Origin: Patescibacteria group bacterium UBA1406
GTDB taxonomy: Bacteria; Patescibacteriota; Microgenomatia; UBA1406
Length of the DNA: 64,000 nucleotides
Direction: 5' to 3'
Assembly (NCBI GenBank): GCA_002305675.1
Contig: DBQA01000001.1
Coordinates: forward strand, 189 to 64,188
This document shows, piece by piece, positions 25,411 to 34,738 of this stretch (positions are counted from its first letter, which is position 1; every line of letters begins with the position of its first letter). Below the pieces are notes generated by a model. It searched no databases. It had not been told where the DNA came from and saw nothing but the letters and a program-made list of their open reading frames with translations. Both the position numbers and the translations under genes were made by a program.

Positions 25411-27292
25411 AATCCTCTCCCTTCCTTTTCAGACCGTTACTGTTCGCCTTGTGCTGGCCGGGGAAGATCTGCTTTTCAACCAGTTCGGCGATAGTGTGGA
25501 TGACGGCCAGATGGATCTCCTGGACCCTTTGCGGATTGGGGGAAGGGACCACTATCCCGACATCCGTGTGGGAAAGGGCCTTGCCGCCATTGTTGCCGAG
25601 TATCCCCACCGAGATCAACCCCTTTTGTGAGGCTTTCCTAAAGGCCCTGACCACGTTTTCCGAATTGCCGCTCGTGGAAATGCCCACGAGGATATCTCCC
25701 TCCCGTCCATAAGCTTCGACCTGCCTGGCGAACACCTGGGCATACCCGTAGTCGTTGGCCAGGGCGCTGAAGACTGGGGAGTTGGCACTCAGGGCCAGGG
25801 CGGGCAGGGCCTCGCGGTCTTCCAGCATAAAATGGCCGACCAGTTCGGCTGCCAGATGCTCGGCTTCGGCCGCACTGCCGCCGTTACCGCAGACCAGCAC
25901 CTTCCGTCCTTTCTGGAACGCGTCGGAAATGACCCGGCTCGCCTCCAGGATAGGCGCCTGGAGTGTCCTTTTTGCTTTTTTCACCGTCTCGTGCAGGGAC
26001 CGGAAGTTATCGCTGATGATGCCGGTTTGCGTTTCATACTCCTCATAGGCATCGTGGTTCGCCGTCAGCACCTCCTCATAAATGGCCGCCAGGCTGCGGG
26101 CGACTATCGCCCAGGTGAAGAACGTATTGACTCTTTTGGTGGCATTCTCTCTCATCAGTCTGGCCAGGTTCGCATTCCCGAGGATGCCCTTCAGCCTGTC
26201 GGCCAGAAGCTCCGGCTCCTTCGGAGGGACCAGAAAACCGGTTTTTCCGTCCGACACCGTAAATTTGATGCCACCCACGTTGGCGCCTACAACCGGAACA
26301 CCACAGGCCATTGCCTCAAGCAGGGTTATCCCGAAAGGTTCGTACCAGGGGGTACTGACAAAGACATCGGTCGCGTTGTAATAATACTTGAGCTGGTCGC
26401 GGTTCTTGCGGCCGACAAAGGTAACAAAATCATAAACGTTCTCCGCCTTGGCGATCTCCTGCAGTCTGCCTATCTCGGGCGTCATTTCGGGGTCGGGCTC
26501 GTCGCTTTCTCCGCCCACCACCACCAGTCTGGCTTGGATGTCATCCCGCTTGTGCAAGATACCCAAAGCCCGAATCACGTTGTCTATACCCTTACGCCTG
26601 ACCATCCGCCCAAGCTGCAGAATGATCGGGCCGTTGACGGGCAGGTTCAGCGTCATCCGGGAAAGCTGCCTGTCGATAGGGTAGAACTCGTTACGGTCGT
26701 AGCCGCAGGGAACGATAGAGATCTTGTCCTGATTCGCCCCGTAGAAAAAGATCAGATCCTCGCGGTCCTGTGGGCATTCGGCAATGATGCGGTCGGCTTC
26801 CTCAACTATCCTTTCCTCGATAGCGAACCGTTCGTCGGCAAATTCGTCTTCCTCCCCCTGGTGTTCCCTCCGCACGCGGCCGAGCGCATGGAAGGTGACC
26901 ACGAAGGGGGTGCCCGTCTGCCGTTTCAGATCTGCCGCCACCAGGGCGGACATAAAGAAGTTGGCGTGAATAAGCTGGTAATTTAGAGGGTGCTTGGCTA
27001 TGAATGCCATCATGTTTTTGGTAAATTCCTTCATATAAGGCAGCATGTCTTCCTTCCTGACGAACCTGACCGGTCCGGCTTTGACGTGGATAACCCGGAC
27101 ATGTTTCTGGTAATCGACCACCGGCGGCAGCTTCAGGTTGTCCCACCTGGTGAATATGTCAACCTCATACCCGAGCCGGGCCAGATTCTTGCTCACCTGG
27201 TCCACGTAGACGTTTTGCCCACCGCTGTCGACCCCGCCCAGGGTGGCCAGAGGGGAGGCGTGTTCAGAAATAAAGGCTATTCTCTGTCTCAT
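25403..27292 (-). CDS. Fusion protein: GT4 glycosyltransferase (N-terminal) plus SIS-domain phosphoheptose isomerase GmhA (C-terminal)
   Basis: 629 aa. The N-terminal half (IAFISEHASPLATLGGVDSGGQNVYV, ...EPFGITLLEAMACGVPVV) is GT4. The C-terminal ~190 aa (VLVCGNGGSAAEAEHLAAELVGHF, ISTSGNSENV, QEIHL) is GmhA-like. Confidence 0.8.
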   Translation of the reverse strand: MRQRIAFISEHASPLATLGGVDSGGQNVYVDQVSKNLARLGYEVDIFTRWDNLKLPPVVDYQKHVRVIHVKAGPVRFVRKEDMLPYMKEFTKNMMAFIAKHPLNYQLIHANFFMSALVAADLKRQTGTPFVVTFHALGRVRREHQGEEDEFADERFAIEERIVEEADRIIAECPQDREDLIFFYGANQDKISIVPCGYDRNEFYPIDRQLSRMTLNLPVNGPIILQLGRMVRRKGIDNVIRALGILHKRDDIQARLVVVGGESDEPDPEMTPEIGRLQEIAKAENVYDFVTFVGRKNRDQLKYYYNATDVFVSTPWYEPFGITLLEAMACGVPVVGANVGGIKFTVSDGKTGFLVPPKEPELLADRLKGILGNANLARLMRENATKRVNTFFTWAIVARSLAAIYEEVLTANHDAYEEYETQTGIISDNFRSLHETVKKAKRTLQAPILEASRVISDAFQKGRKVLVCGNGGSAAEAEHLAAELVGHFMLEDREALPALALSANSPVFSALANDYGYAQVFARQVEAYGREGDILVGISTSGNSENVVRAFRKASQKGLISVGILGNNGGKALSHTDVGIVVPSPNPQRVQEIHLAVIHTIAELVEKQIFPGQHKANSNGLKRKGEDYG

Positions 27293-28262
27293 AGGATTTA
27301 CCTGAATTTATAGCCCGGGTCATGACCTCTTTCCATCGCCGGGTGAATCTCTCGATCCCAAAGAAGCTATTGGCGGTCAAACGGGCAAAAACACCCAATT
27401 CATAGGCTTTCTCCCTGTTTTGCAGGAGGTCCCGCATTTTTTCCACCAAGTAGTCAACGTCGGTATGGATATATCCCGACACACCGTTCTCGATAACCGT
27501 CGGCAGTTCCGTGGTGGCGAGCCCCACCACCGGCAGACCGGTCATCATGGCCTCAATGAGGGTGAGCCCGAGGCTAGTGTGCCGGATGGGATAGAACAGG
27601 AAGCGGTAGCGGGACAAGGTCCGGGACAGCTCATGGTGGGGGACCTCACCGAGACCGCCGAGCCTCTCGGAACCCATACCTATCAGGTCGAGGGGAACCA
27701 GGTCCCGCACCTTCTCAAAAACATCCAGTCCGAGCCGCCGGCCGCGCCGATCCAGATCATTGACGACTACGACACCCTTAGCCCACTCACCGGTGTAATT
27801 GGCCGGCTCCAAGAGCCGCACGCCATGCTCGATGACCGCCGTGGGAGAGTTACCGTTATCCCACATCAGGCGGTTGTAATGCGTGACATGCACCACCAGG
27901 ATATCCGGTTCCCTGACCACATGGCGGGTATCCGTCGGGCTTTCCCGGGGAGGGTCGTGCTCCAGGTAGATCTTCGGCAGTTCAAGCTGGGCAGGGGAGA
28001 ATAACCTCTTACTGTCGTCCAGGTAATGCTCCCTGTCCTGAAATAGAATGATGTCGAATTCGACTTCCCTCACCCTGTCCGCCGGCACTTCCCGTACATT
28101 GTCCGGCCAGGGTAGACCTTTGGCCCGCCCGCCGTACCCGTTCTTTTTCCAACCGGCTACGGGCAGGATGAATTCATAGTCTGATATCTGCGACAGGTAG
28201 TACAGGTAATTACCGTGGACATGCCAGGTGAAAACTCTGTATTTGCCATTTTCCTTCGTCAT
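27264..28262 (-). CDS. Glycosyltransferase (GT-B, GT4-like)
   Basis: 332 aa. C-terminal SLGLTLIEAMMTGLPVVG...ENGVSGY is an ExxxxxxE-type GT4 motif. Confidence 0.65.
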   Translation of the reverse strand: MTKENGKYRVFTWHVHGNYLYYLSQISDYEFILPVAGWKKNGYGGRAKGLPWPDNVREVPADRVREVEFDIILFQDREHYLDDSKRLFSPAQLELPKIYLEHDPPRESPTDTRHVVREPDILVVHVTHYNRLMWDNGNSPTAVIEHGVRLLEPANYTGEWAKGVVVVNDLDRRGRRLGLDVFEKVRDLVPLDLIGMGSERLGGLGEVPHHELSRTLSRYRFLFYPIRHTSLGLTLIEAMMTGLPVVGLATTELPTVIENGVSGYIHTDVDYLVEKMRDLLQNREKAYELGVFARLTANSFFGIERFTRRWKEVMTRAINSGKSYETENSLYF

Positions 28263-29254
28263 AATCCGTGGCCATGATCGGAGAACTGGTATGTTGCCAA
28301 ATTCCCGTGCTTTTCACCGAGTAACCGCCAGACATGCCCGATAATGTCCGTATAGGTCGCCGCCTCGCCACCCGTCAGGGCGACGTGTTTTTTCCTGTCC
28401 AAAGGCCCCCATCTTTCGACAGACGAATGGGCGGTGAACAGGATAATGCTTTTTGTACCCACCGCCTGGGCCAGATGGGAAACACCTGTGTCATTGGCAA
28501 TAACGAGCTCTGCATTCCTTAGGAGTTCCGCCAGGCACCCTAGGCCGGTCTGGCCTCCTAGGTTGGCGGGGTGGTGGGCCATGAAGTGCTCCACCTGCTC
28601 CAGAAGATCGATCTCTTTGCGGATCCCGGTCAGGGCGGTGGCAAAGCCGGCCGCCTCGAGAGTGTCGCCGAGACGGGCAAACAGGGCAGGGTCGTGCCTT
28701 TTCCGCGGGTCCTTGGCACCAGGATGGAGAACGGTATAAGGTCTCCCCGTCAGGCCGGCCCTTTCCCTAATCATAAGGTATTCCTCCTTCTCCTCGCCTG
28801 ATACCGGGAACTCCAGATGGTTGCCCTGAAGCGGGATGCCCCTGGCCTTTACGAGCATCAGATATTTGACGACCTCGTGTTCCTCCTCCTGCCAGGGCAG
28901 GGTGAGCCCGTAGCCGACCACTTCCTTTGCCTGAAAATCGGCCGCCACCCTGTTTGTTATCTCACCGCTGCCATGCATCTGCCAGACAATGTCAAACCTC
29001 TCCCGCCGCATCCTTTCCATGAATGACTCTGTCCTGGCACTGTCATACGGCTGCTCTGGCAAACCGGGATAGCCCGGGAACTCGATGAACCTGTCCAGAT
29101 ATTTACCGAACCTGTCGGCAAAAGGAGCGGCCCAGGGCAGGGAAATAAGACAGATCTCGGCCCGGCGGTAGTGCCGTCTCAGTGCTCTCAGGGCAGGAAC
29201 GAGGCAGATAAGGTCGCCCAATTCCAAGGCCCTGAATATGGCAATTTTTCTCAT
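28259..29254 (-). CDS. Glycosyltransferase family 9 (heptosyltransferase-like)
   Basis: 331 aa. RALELGDLICLVPALRALR and NDTGVSHLAQAVGT. Confidence 0.75.
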   Translation of the reverse strand: MRKIAIFRALELGDLICLVPALRALRRHYRRAEICLISLPWAAPFADRFGKYLDRFIEFPGYPGLPEQPYDSARTESFMERMRRERFDIVWQMHGSGEITNRVAADFQAKEVVGYGLTLPWQEEEHEVVKYLMLVKARGIPLQGNHLEFPVSGEEKEEYLMIRERAGLTGRPYTVLHPGAKDPRKRHDPALFARLGDTLEAAGFATALTGIRKEIDLLEQVEHFMAHHPANLGGQTGLGCLAELLRNAELVIANDTGVSHLAQAVGTKSIILFTAHSSVERWGPLDRKKHVALTGGEAATYTDIIGHVWRLLGEKHGNLATYQFSDHGHGL

Positions 29255-29376
29255 AACCTGATTGTAAGAATTTGACTTATGACCGTAATCAGAAGGGAGT
29301 AAGAAGTCCTTAAGAGCAAAACAGAAGCCTTACCCCTATCTTACTCTTTTAACGGCTTTTTATTACAGCGGAAGGG

Positions 29377-29382
29377 TATAAA
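29377..29382 (+). promoter_or_regulatory. -10-like TATAAA, 7 nt before ATG 29390 (leaderless-type)
   Basis: gggTATAAAttggaagATG. The gap is too short for a functional SD spacing. Confidence 0.35.
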
Positions 29383-29389
29383 TTGGAAG

Positions 29390-29605
29390 ATGGAATTACC
29401 GAACCTCAAACGTAAACCGGCGCGGCGCTTTTTAAGCCTGGTGCTTTGGTTCATATACGGCCTGCTGAGCTCGCTGGCCGTTTACCTCCTCTTTCCCAAT
29501 GAAGGGATAGAGGCATATCTGGCGCTTCTCTTGATGCCGGTCTTCTTTATGGCTATAGGCATCATGGACGGCCAGGCGGAAAAGATGATCGGGGAAACCC
29601 GGTAA
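29390..29605 (+). CDS. Small membrane protein (2 TM)
   Basis: 71 aa with two hydrophobic helices. Lies 13 nt upstream of the ABC exporter gene. Confidence 0.5.
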   Translation: MELPNLKRKPARRFLSLVLWFIYGLLSSLAVYLLFPNEGIEAYLALLLMPVFFMAIGIMDGQAEKMIGETR

Positions 29606-29618
29606 ACCGATACGGACC

Positions 29619-31415
29619 ATGAAAGGGGAGTACGGGAAAATAATCAGGAATGTATGGCGACTCCTGGTTATTACCTGGGAAGAGGATAAGGTTCTTTTGG
29701 CCGCTTACTTTTCTACCTCTTTTTTAGGGGCCGTCCTTCTCTATGTGGTGTACTATGTGTACAAGCTGATGATCGACCAGGTGGCCGCAGAGATTACCAT
29801 GGGGGGCTTGTCATCGGTCCTTTTTATCATCGTTTCCACCTTCCTGTTCTTTGAGTACCTCTCGCGGTTCGTCAATTTCACCTTCAACCAGTACTACTTC
29901 GATTACCTGATCCGTGCCAAGCTGCAGAACGCCCTGACCAGAAGATTCATGAACAAGTTGGCCGAGCTCGATTTCGGCCTCCTGGAAAGAGGGGATGTCA
30001 GGAACCTGATCGCCAAAGTGGAGGGGTCATACTCATACCGCCTACCGGAGATACTCAAGACCCTTAATGCCATCGTCTATAATCTCGCCGCGCTCCTGTT
30101 TTCCATGCTCATTGCCCTCCGGCTGAACCCTGGCTATTTCGTCATCCTTGCCCTGGTGTCCGCTCCGATCTATTATCTGAGGTCGAAATACGGGAACGCC
30201 GCCTGGTCCCAATATTCCAAGAACGCCTCCGAAACGAACTATATCTGGTATCTCAGGTCCCTGTTCACGAACTTCCAGACGCTCGCAGAAATGAAGATCT
30301 ACGGCCTCCGACAATATTTCATCGACCGGGCTTCAAGCTTTCAGAAAAAGGTCCTTTCCGACTACCAGCGGCCGATACGGACCTACACCTTGTTGTCCAG
30401 TCTGAGCTTCATCCTGATCCCTCTGGCCATCTTCTTTGCCGTCCTCAACTTCATCGGAGCGGTCCGCACGGAACGTTACTCGATCGGCGACTTCACCTTC
30501 TTCCTGAACACCTTGTTCACTTTTTCCGGCCAGATCTCGAGCGTCCTTCTGAATTTCGGTCTGGTGACCGAGAACAGCCTTTTCCTGCATGACTATTTCA
30601 AGCTCCAGGACATCCACAACCAGATCGCCGCACCACGCCCTGCCGTCCGCCTGGAAGGATTGCGGCCCCGGGAGATCGTTTTCGAGAACGTCAGTTTCAG
30701 TTACCAGGGGAGCCGTAACCTGTCGCTGAAGAATGTGAACGTGGTTATTGAGAAAGGCCGGAACGTCGCCATCGTCGGCCATAACGGGGCAGGAAAGAGC
30801 ACTTTCATCAAACTGCTCCTTAGGTTTTACGACCCGACCGAGGGACGGATATTGATTGACGGGAAAGACCTGCGAAGAATAGACCTTAGGGAATGGTATG
30901 CGCATATCGGCATCCTGTTCCAGGATTTCGCCCGGTATTTCACCACTCTAAGGGAGAACATCAGGTTCGGCAACCTTCACCGACCGCCCAACGGCGGGAT
31001 CAGCGAGGCCCTGCACAAATCCGAGGGCGAGGACCTCCTGGAATTTCTGCCTAATAAATATGACCAGATCCTGGGACGGTGGTTCGAACACGGCGTGGAG
31101 CTGTCAGGCGGACAGTGGCAGAAGGTGGCCATTGCCCGGGCCATCTACCGCAATGCCCCCATCCTGATCATGGACGAGCCGACCTCGGCCATCGACGCCG
31201 AAGCGGAACATGCCATCTTCAATAATCTGGACAGTCTCTATCGGGATAAGAGCCTGCTTTTCATCTCCCACCGTTTCTCCACGGTCAGGAAAGCGGACCG
31301 GATATTCGTGTTTGAAAAAGGACAGGTGGTAGAGAAGGGAAGCCACTTGGAACTTTTACGTCAAAACCGGTTATATGCCCACATCTTCCGGCTACAAAGC
31401 CGGGGGTATGAGTAA
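29619..31415 (+). CDS. ABC exporter, fused permease-ATPase (MsbA/lipid-flippase-like)
   Basis: 598 aa with six N-terminal TM helices. Walker A GHNGAGKST, signature LSGGQWQKVAIARA, Walker B ILIMDEPTSAID. Confidence 0.85.
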   Translation: MKGEYGKIIRNVWRLLVITWEEDKVLLAAYFSTSFLGAVLLYVVYYVYKLMIDQVAAEITMGGLSSVLFIIVSTFLFFEYLSRFVNFTFNQYYFDYLIRAKLQNALTRRFMNKLAELDFGLLERGDVRNLIAKVEGSYSYRLPEILKTLNAIVYNLAALLFSMLIALRLNPGYFVILALVSAPIYYLRSKYGNAAWSQYSKNASETNYIWYLRSLFTNFQTLAEMKIYGLRQYFIDRASSFQKKVLSDYQRPIRTYTLLSSLSFILIPLAIFFAVLNFIGAVRTERYSIGDFTFFLNTLFTFSGQISSVLLNFGLVTENSLFLHDYFKLQDIHNQIAAPRPAVRLEGLRPREIVFENVSFSYQGSRNLSLKNVNVVIEKGRNVAIVGHNGAGKSTFIKLLLRFYDPTEGRILIDGKDLRRIDLREWYAHIGILFQDFARYFTTLRENIRFGNLHRPPNGGISEALHKSEGEDLLEFLPNKYDQILGRWFEHGVELSGGQWQKVAIARAIYRNAPILIMDEPTSAIDAEAEHAIFNNLDSLYRDKSLLFISHRFSTVRKADRIFVFEKGQVVEKGSHLELLRQNRLYAHIFRLQSRGYE

Positions 31416-32528
31416 GGTATCTTCCACCCGGGTTTCTTTAACAGTCCGGTCGGCCTTCAGAAGTTCAATGGCGGTCAAGGCCACTTCCGCCACTTTGACC
31501 CCCTTGGTGAACGATGTTAGGTGATCACACCCGATCTTCGGTTCAAAAGGAAACTCCTCGGCGCAGTTCATCCCACACATGGGGCAGTTGATGGTCCATG
31601 AGGCGAGGGCTCGGTGCCGGCGTCGATGAAGAGGAGCGGAGTTGATAAGGTTGGCACACCAGAAAACACCTACGGCCGGCGTATCCAGAGCATAGGCCAG
31701 GTGATAGGGACCGGTATCGTTACTGATGAGGAGAGCTGCGGCCGACAATAGGCCGGTCATCGCCCGGATAGTCAGTTTACCTGCCAGGTTCTCACTGGGC
31801 TCAGTCATTCTGGTCTGTACCTCCCGAACAACGTCCATTTCATCCTCAATGCCGGTGATAACAACCCTGAAACCCCGCTTGGCGAAAAAATCCGCGACGG
31901 CCGCAAACCTGTCCGCCGGCCAGCGGCGTCTCGGGTCCGAGGCGCCGGGGTGAACGACAATAAAACGACTACTGATATCCGCGACCTCCTTTATCTCCCT
32001 GGCATCCTTGTCCGTCAGGCTTACTACCGGTCTGGTTTGGGATGAGGTGGCACCGACACGGGAAACCACTTCCAGGTAGCGCATGTACTCGTTCTGGTAA
32101 TAGACATACGGCACATTGATGTCGAGGGCAGCCGCATCGGGGGTTCTTAAACCTACTGTCAGGGATGCTCCCAATTTGTGAATAAACGGATTGGACTGTC
32201 GTCCGCCGCCATGGAGCTGGAAAGCAAGATCGAAACTTTCCGCCTGCATCTTCTGGAAAAAGGCATCCGTCTCCCTTTGGTCCTCATGCCGGCCGGGCTC
32301 CTGCCTGAGTCCGTCGCTGACAGGCACGACTACCGTCCTGTCTATCACTCCTGGTCTGCCTGCCAGAAACAGGCGATGCCACGGCCGCCCAAGATAGACA
32401 ATCTCGCTCTCAGGATAGGTTTCCCTCAGGGCGGTCAGGGCGGGAAGAATAAAAATGAAATCGCCCAATCCGTTCGCCCTCAGCACGGCTATCTTTTTGA
32501 CATTGACCAGCTTCCTGTTAACCATCAT
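31392..32528 (-). CDS. Glycosyltransferase family 9 (heptosyltransferase-like) with a Cys-rich C-terminal extension
   Basis: 378 aa. RANGLGDFIFILPALTALRE and NDTGPYHLAYALDTP. The C-terminal CANL...CPMCGMNC cluster is unusual for GT9. Confidence 0.7.
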   Translation of the reverse strand: MMVNRKLVNVKKIAVLRANGLGDFIFILPALTALRETYPESEIVYLGRPWHRLFLAGRPGVIDRTVVVPVSDGLRQEPGRHEDQRETDAFFQKMQAESFDLAFQLHGGGRQSNPFIHKLGASLTVGLRTPDAAALDINVPYVYYQNEYMRYLEVVSRVGATSSQTRPVVSLTDKDAREIKEVADISSRFIVVHPGASDPRRRWPADRFAAVADFFAKRGFRVVITGIEDEMDVVREVQTRMTEPSENLAGKLTIRAMTGLLSAAALLISNDTGPYHLAYALDTPAVGVFWCANLINSAPLHRRRHRALASWTINCPMCGMNCAEEFPFEPKIGCDHLTSFTKGVKVAEVALTAIELLKADRTVKETRVEDTLLIPPAL

Positions 32529-32622
32529 TTAGGTAGAAGGATATTCGCCCTCCTTGTGAAATGGGGCAGATTGAAGTAAGAGTAGAATAAGAAATTCTTA
32601 CAAATTTTTCATAGTTTGGGCG

Positions 32623-32628
32623 TAGAAT
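32623..32628 (+). promoter_or_regulatory. -10 box TAGAAT, 7 nt before ATG 32636 (leaderless-type)
   Basis: gggcgTAGAATtctattaATG. Confidence 0.4.
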
Positions 32629-32635
32629 TCTATTA

Positions 32636-33613
32636 ATGGAAAGCATAACAGAGGGCTTGAACTGGTTCGACGCTGCGATCATCCTCCTGGTCCTGTTTTT
32701 TATCATCGAAGGGATCAGGCAGGGTTTCTGGAAATCCCTGGCCGACTTCCTGGCCTTTTTGGGGGCGGTCACCCTGGCTTTTCTCGGTTACCAGCGGGCT
32801 GCCGGGCTTATCCAGGACAGTTTTCCCATCGCCCCATCATTCGCAAACGCCTTCGGTTTCCTGGCGGTGGCCGTGTTAGGCGAAGTGGTCCTGAACATCC
32901 TGCTTCTGGTGTTCGTCTCCCGGCTGCCCCGGAAGTGGCTTGTTTTCAGGGGAGGCCGGACTTTGGCCGCCCTGCCGGCCGCAGGCCAGGCACTGGTCCT
33001 GGCTGCTTTTTTCCTGACCCTGGTGATAGGCTTGCCCCTTAACCCCCAAGCCAAGAAAGCGGCCATGGAGTCATATCTTGGCAACGCCATACTGAAGCAT
33101 TCCGGCCGGTTCGAAAATTCGCTGAACCGGATCTTCGGCGGCGCAGTGGAGGATACTCTGATGTACCTGACAGTCAAGCCACAGAGTAATGAGCGCGTCA
33201 GTTTGCCCGTCGAGATCGAGGAGCTCACCATAGACGAGGCCGCGGAAAGTGCCATCTTCGGACTGGTGAACGAGGAGAGGCAAAAGGAAGGGCTTGCCAT
33301 TCTTGAGTGGGCGCCGGAGGCCCTGCCAGTAGCACGGATACACGCCACGGACATGTGGCAAAGAAAGTACTTCGCCCATATCTCCCCGGAAGGCCGCGAT
33401 GTCGGCGACCGCCTCGAGACGGCCGGCGTTCTGTACTTTGTCGCCGGCGAGAACCTGGCCCTTGCCCCGACCGTAAGACTGGCCCACAACGGACTGATGA
33501 ATTCATCCGGCCATCGGGCCAATATCCTGCATCCCTCCTTCCGGAAAATGGCAGTCGGAGTTATAGATAACGGCATCTACGGAAAGATGTTTGTCCAGAT
33601 TTTTATTTCATAG
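32636..33613 (+). CDS. CvpA-family membrane domain fused to a CAP/SCP (PR-1-like) domain
   Basis: The N-terminal part has about 4 TM helices (NWFDAAIILLVLFFIIEGIRQGF, CvpA-like). The C-terminal part (HATDMWQRKYFAHISPEG...GENLA...GHRANIL) is CAP/SCP-like. Confidence 0.65.
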   Translation: MESITEGLNWFDAAIILLVLFFIIEGIRQGFWKSLADFLAFLGAVTLAFLGYQRAAGLIQDSFPIAPSFANAFGFLAVAVLGEVVLNILLLVFVSRLPRKWLVFRGGRTLAALPAAGQALVLAAFFLTLVIGLPLNPQAKKAAMESYLGNAILKHSGRFENSLNRIFGGAVEDTLMYLTVKPQSNERVSLPVEIEELTIDEAAESAIFGLVNEERQKEGLAILEWAPEALPVARIHATDMWQRKYFAHISPEGRDVGDRLETAGVLYFVAGENLALAPTVRLAHNGLMNSSGHRANILHPSFRKMAVGVIDNGIYGKMFVQIFIS

Positions 33614-33622
33614 AATATATCT

Positions 33623-34738
33623 ATGGGCAACAAAAACCTGACCCAGATCATCATCCTCATCCTCCTGGTGGCCGGCCTGGTATTACTGTCTTTCCGGCGA
33701 AATTATGGCGGCACGGACAACCTTGACGTTCCGGACAACAGTCGCCTGTCCGAAGACCTCAGGCAGATAGTGGTGGTCGCCGACGGTCTCGAGATACCCT
33801 GGGCACTGGCATTTCTACCCGACGAAAGCGTCCTTGTCACCGAACGGCCCGGCCGGGTGCGTCTGATAGACAGGGACGGAAACCTCCGGGAGCAACCGGT
33901 CGCCGTCATAGACGAAGTACTGCATGAAGGGGAGGGCGGTTTATTGGGAGTAGCCGTGCATCCGGACTTTGACCGGAACAGGTACGTTTACCTCTATTAC
34001 ACCTACTCGTCCGAGGGCAGCAGTACTTTGAATAAAGTGGTCCGCTACCGGTTTGAGAATAATGCCCTGACCGATACCCGGACCATCCTTGAAGGCATAC
34101 CCGGCGCCATCAATCATAACGGCGGACGCCTTAGGTTCGGACCGGACAGATTCCTATATGTGACCACCGGTGACGCGGGGGAGCCTTCCTCGGCACAGGA
34201 CCAGAGCAGCCTGGCTGGCAAGATCCTCCGCCTGACAGGTGAGGGTGCACCTGCCCCTGGAAACCCGTTCAACAACGAGGTATACTCGCTCGGGCACCGC
34301 AATCCGCAGGGCCTGGCTTGGGACAGCGAGGACAAACTTTGGTCCGTTGAGCACGGTCCGACAGCACAGGATGAACTGAACAGTATCCGGCCGGGCCGAA
34401 ACTACGGCTGGCCGGTTATAACCGGTGAGGGGAGCAGGGAAGGGATGGAAAACCCCGTCCTTCACAGCGGTGACAATACCTGGGCGCCAGGCGGGGCCGC
34501 TTTCCTGAACGGGACACTCTACTTTACGGGTCTCAGGGGAAACGCCTTATATAAGGTTGATGTTGCGGCCTCCCCACCGGCAATGGAGGAACTCTTTTCC
34601 GGGCGGTTCGGCAGGCTGCGGGAAGTGGTGGCCGGCCCGGATGACATGCTTTACCTTACAACCAGCAATCGGGACGGCCGGGGCTTTACCCAAAGCGGGG
34701 ATGACAAGATCATCCGCTACAATCCCAATTTACCTTAA
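33623..34738 (+). CDS. PQQ-dependent sugar dehydrogenase (soluble glucose/sorbosone dehydrogenase-like beta-propeller)
   Basis: N-terminal signal anchor. [31 protein letters not shown] and NYGWP motifs. Confidence 0.75.
   Translation: MGNKNLTQIIILILLVAGLVLLSFRRNYGGTDNLDVPDNSRLSEDLRQIVVVADGLEIPWALAFLPDESVLVTERPGRVRLIDRDGNLREQPVAVIDEVLHEGEGGLLGVAVHPDFDRNRYVYLYYTYSSEGSSTLNKVVRYRFENNALTDTRTILEGIPGAINHNGGRLRFGPDRFLYVTTGDAGEPSSAQDQSSLAGKILRLTGEGAPAPGNPFNNEVYSLGHRNPQGLAWDSEDKLWSVEHGPTAQDELNSIRPGRNYGWPVITGEGSREGMENPVLHSGDNTWAPGGAAFLNGTLYFTGLRGNALYKVDVAASPPAMEELFSGRFGRLREVVAGPDDMLYLTTSNRDGRGFTQSGDDKIIRYNPNLP

Noticed and set aside
25832-26986. 384-aa plus-strand ORF opposite the GT4-GmhA fusion. Similar long antisense ORFs occur at 20359..21333, 55522..56454, 44475..45275 and 62678..63580
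   Set aside because: All are antisense to genes with strong family motifs, and all are rich in Arg/Gly/Pro/His, as expected for reverse-frame translations.
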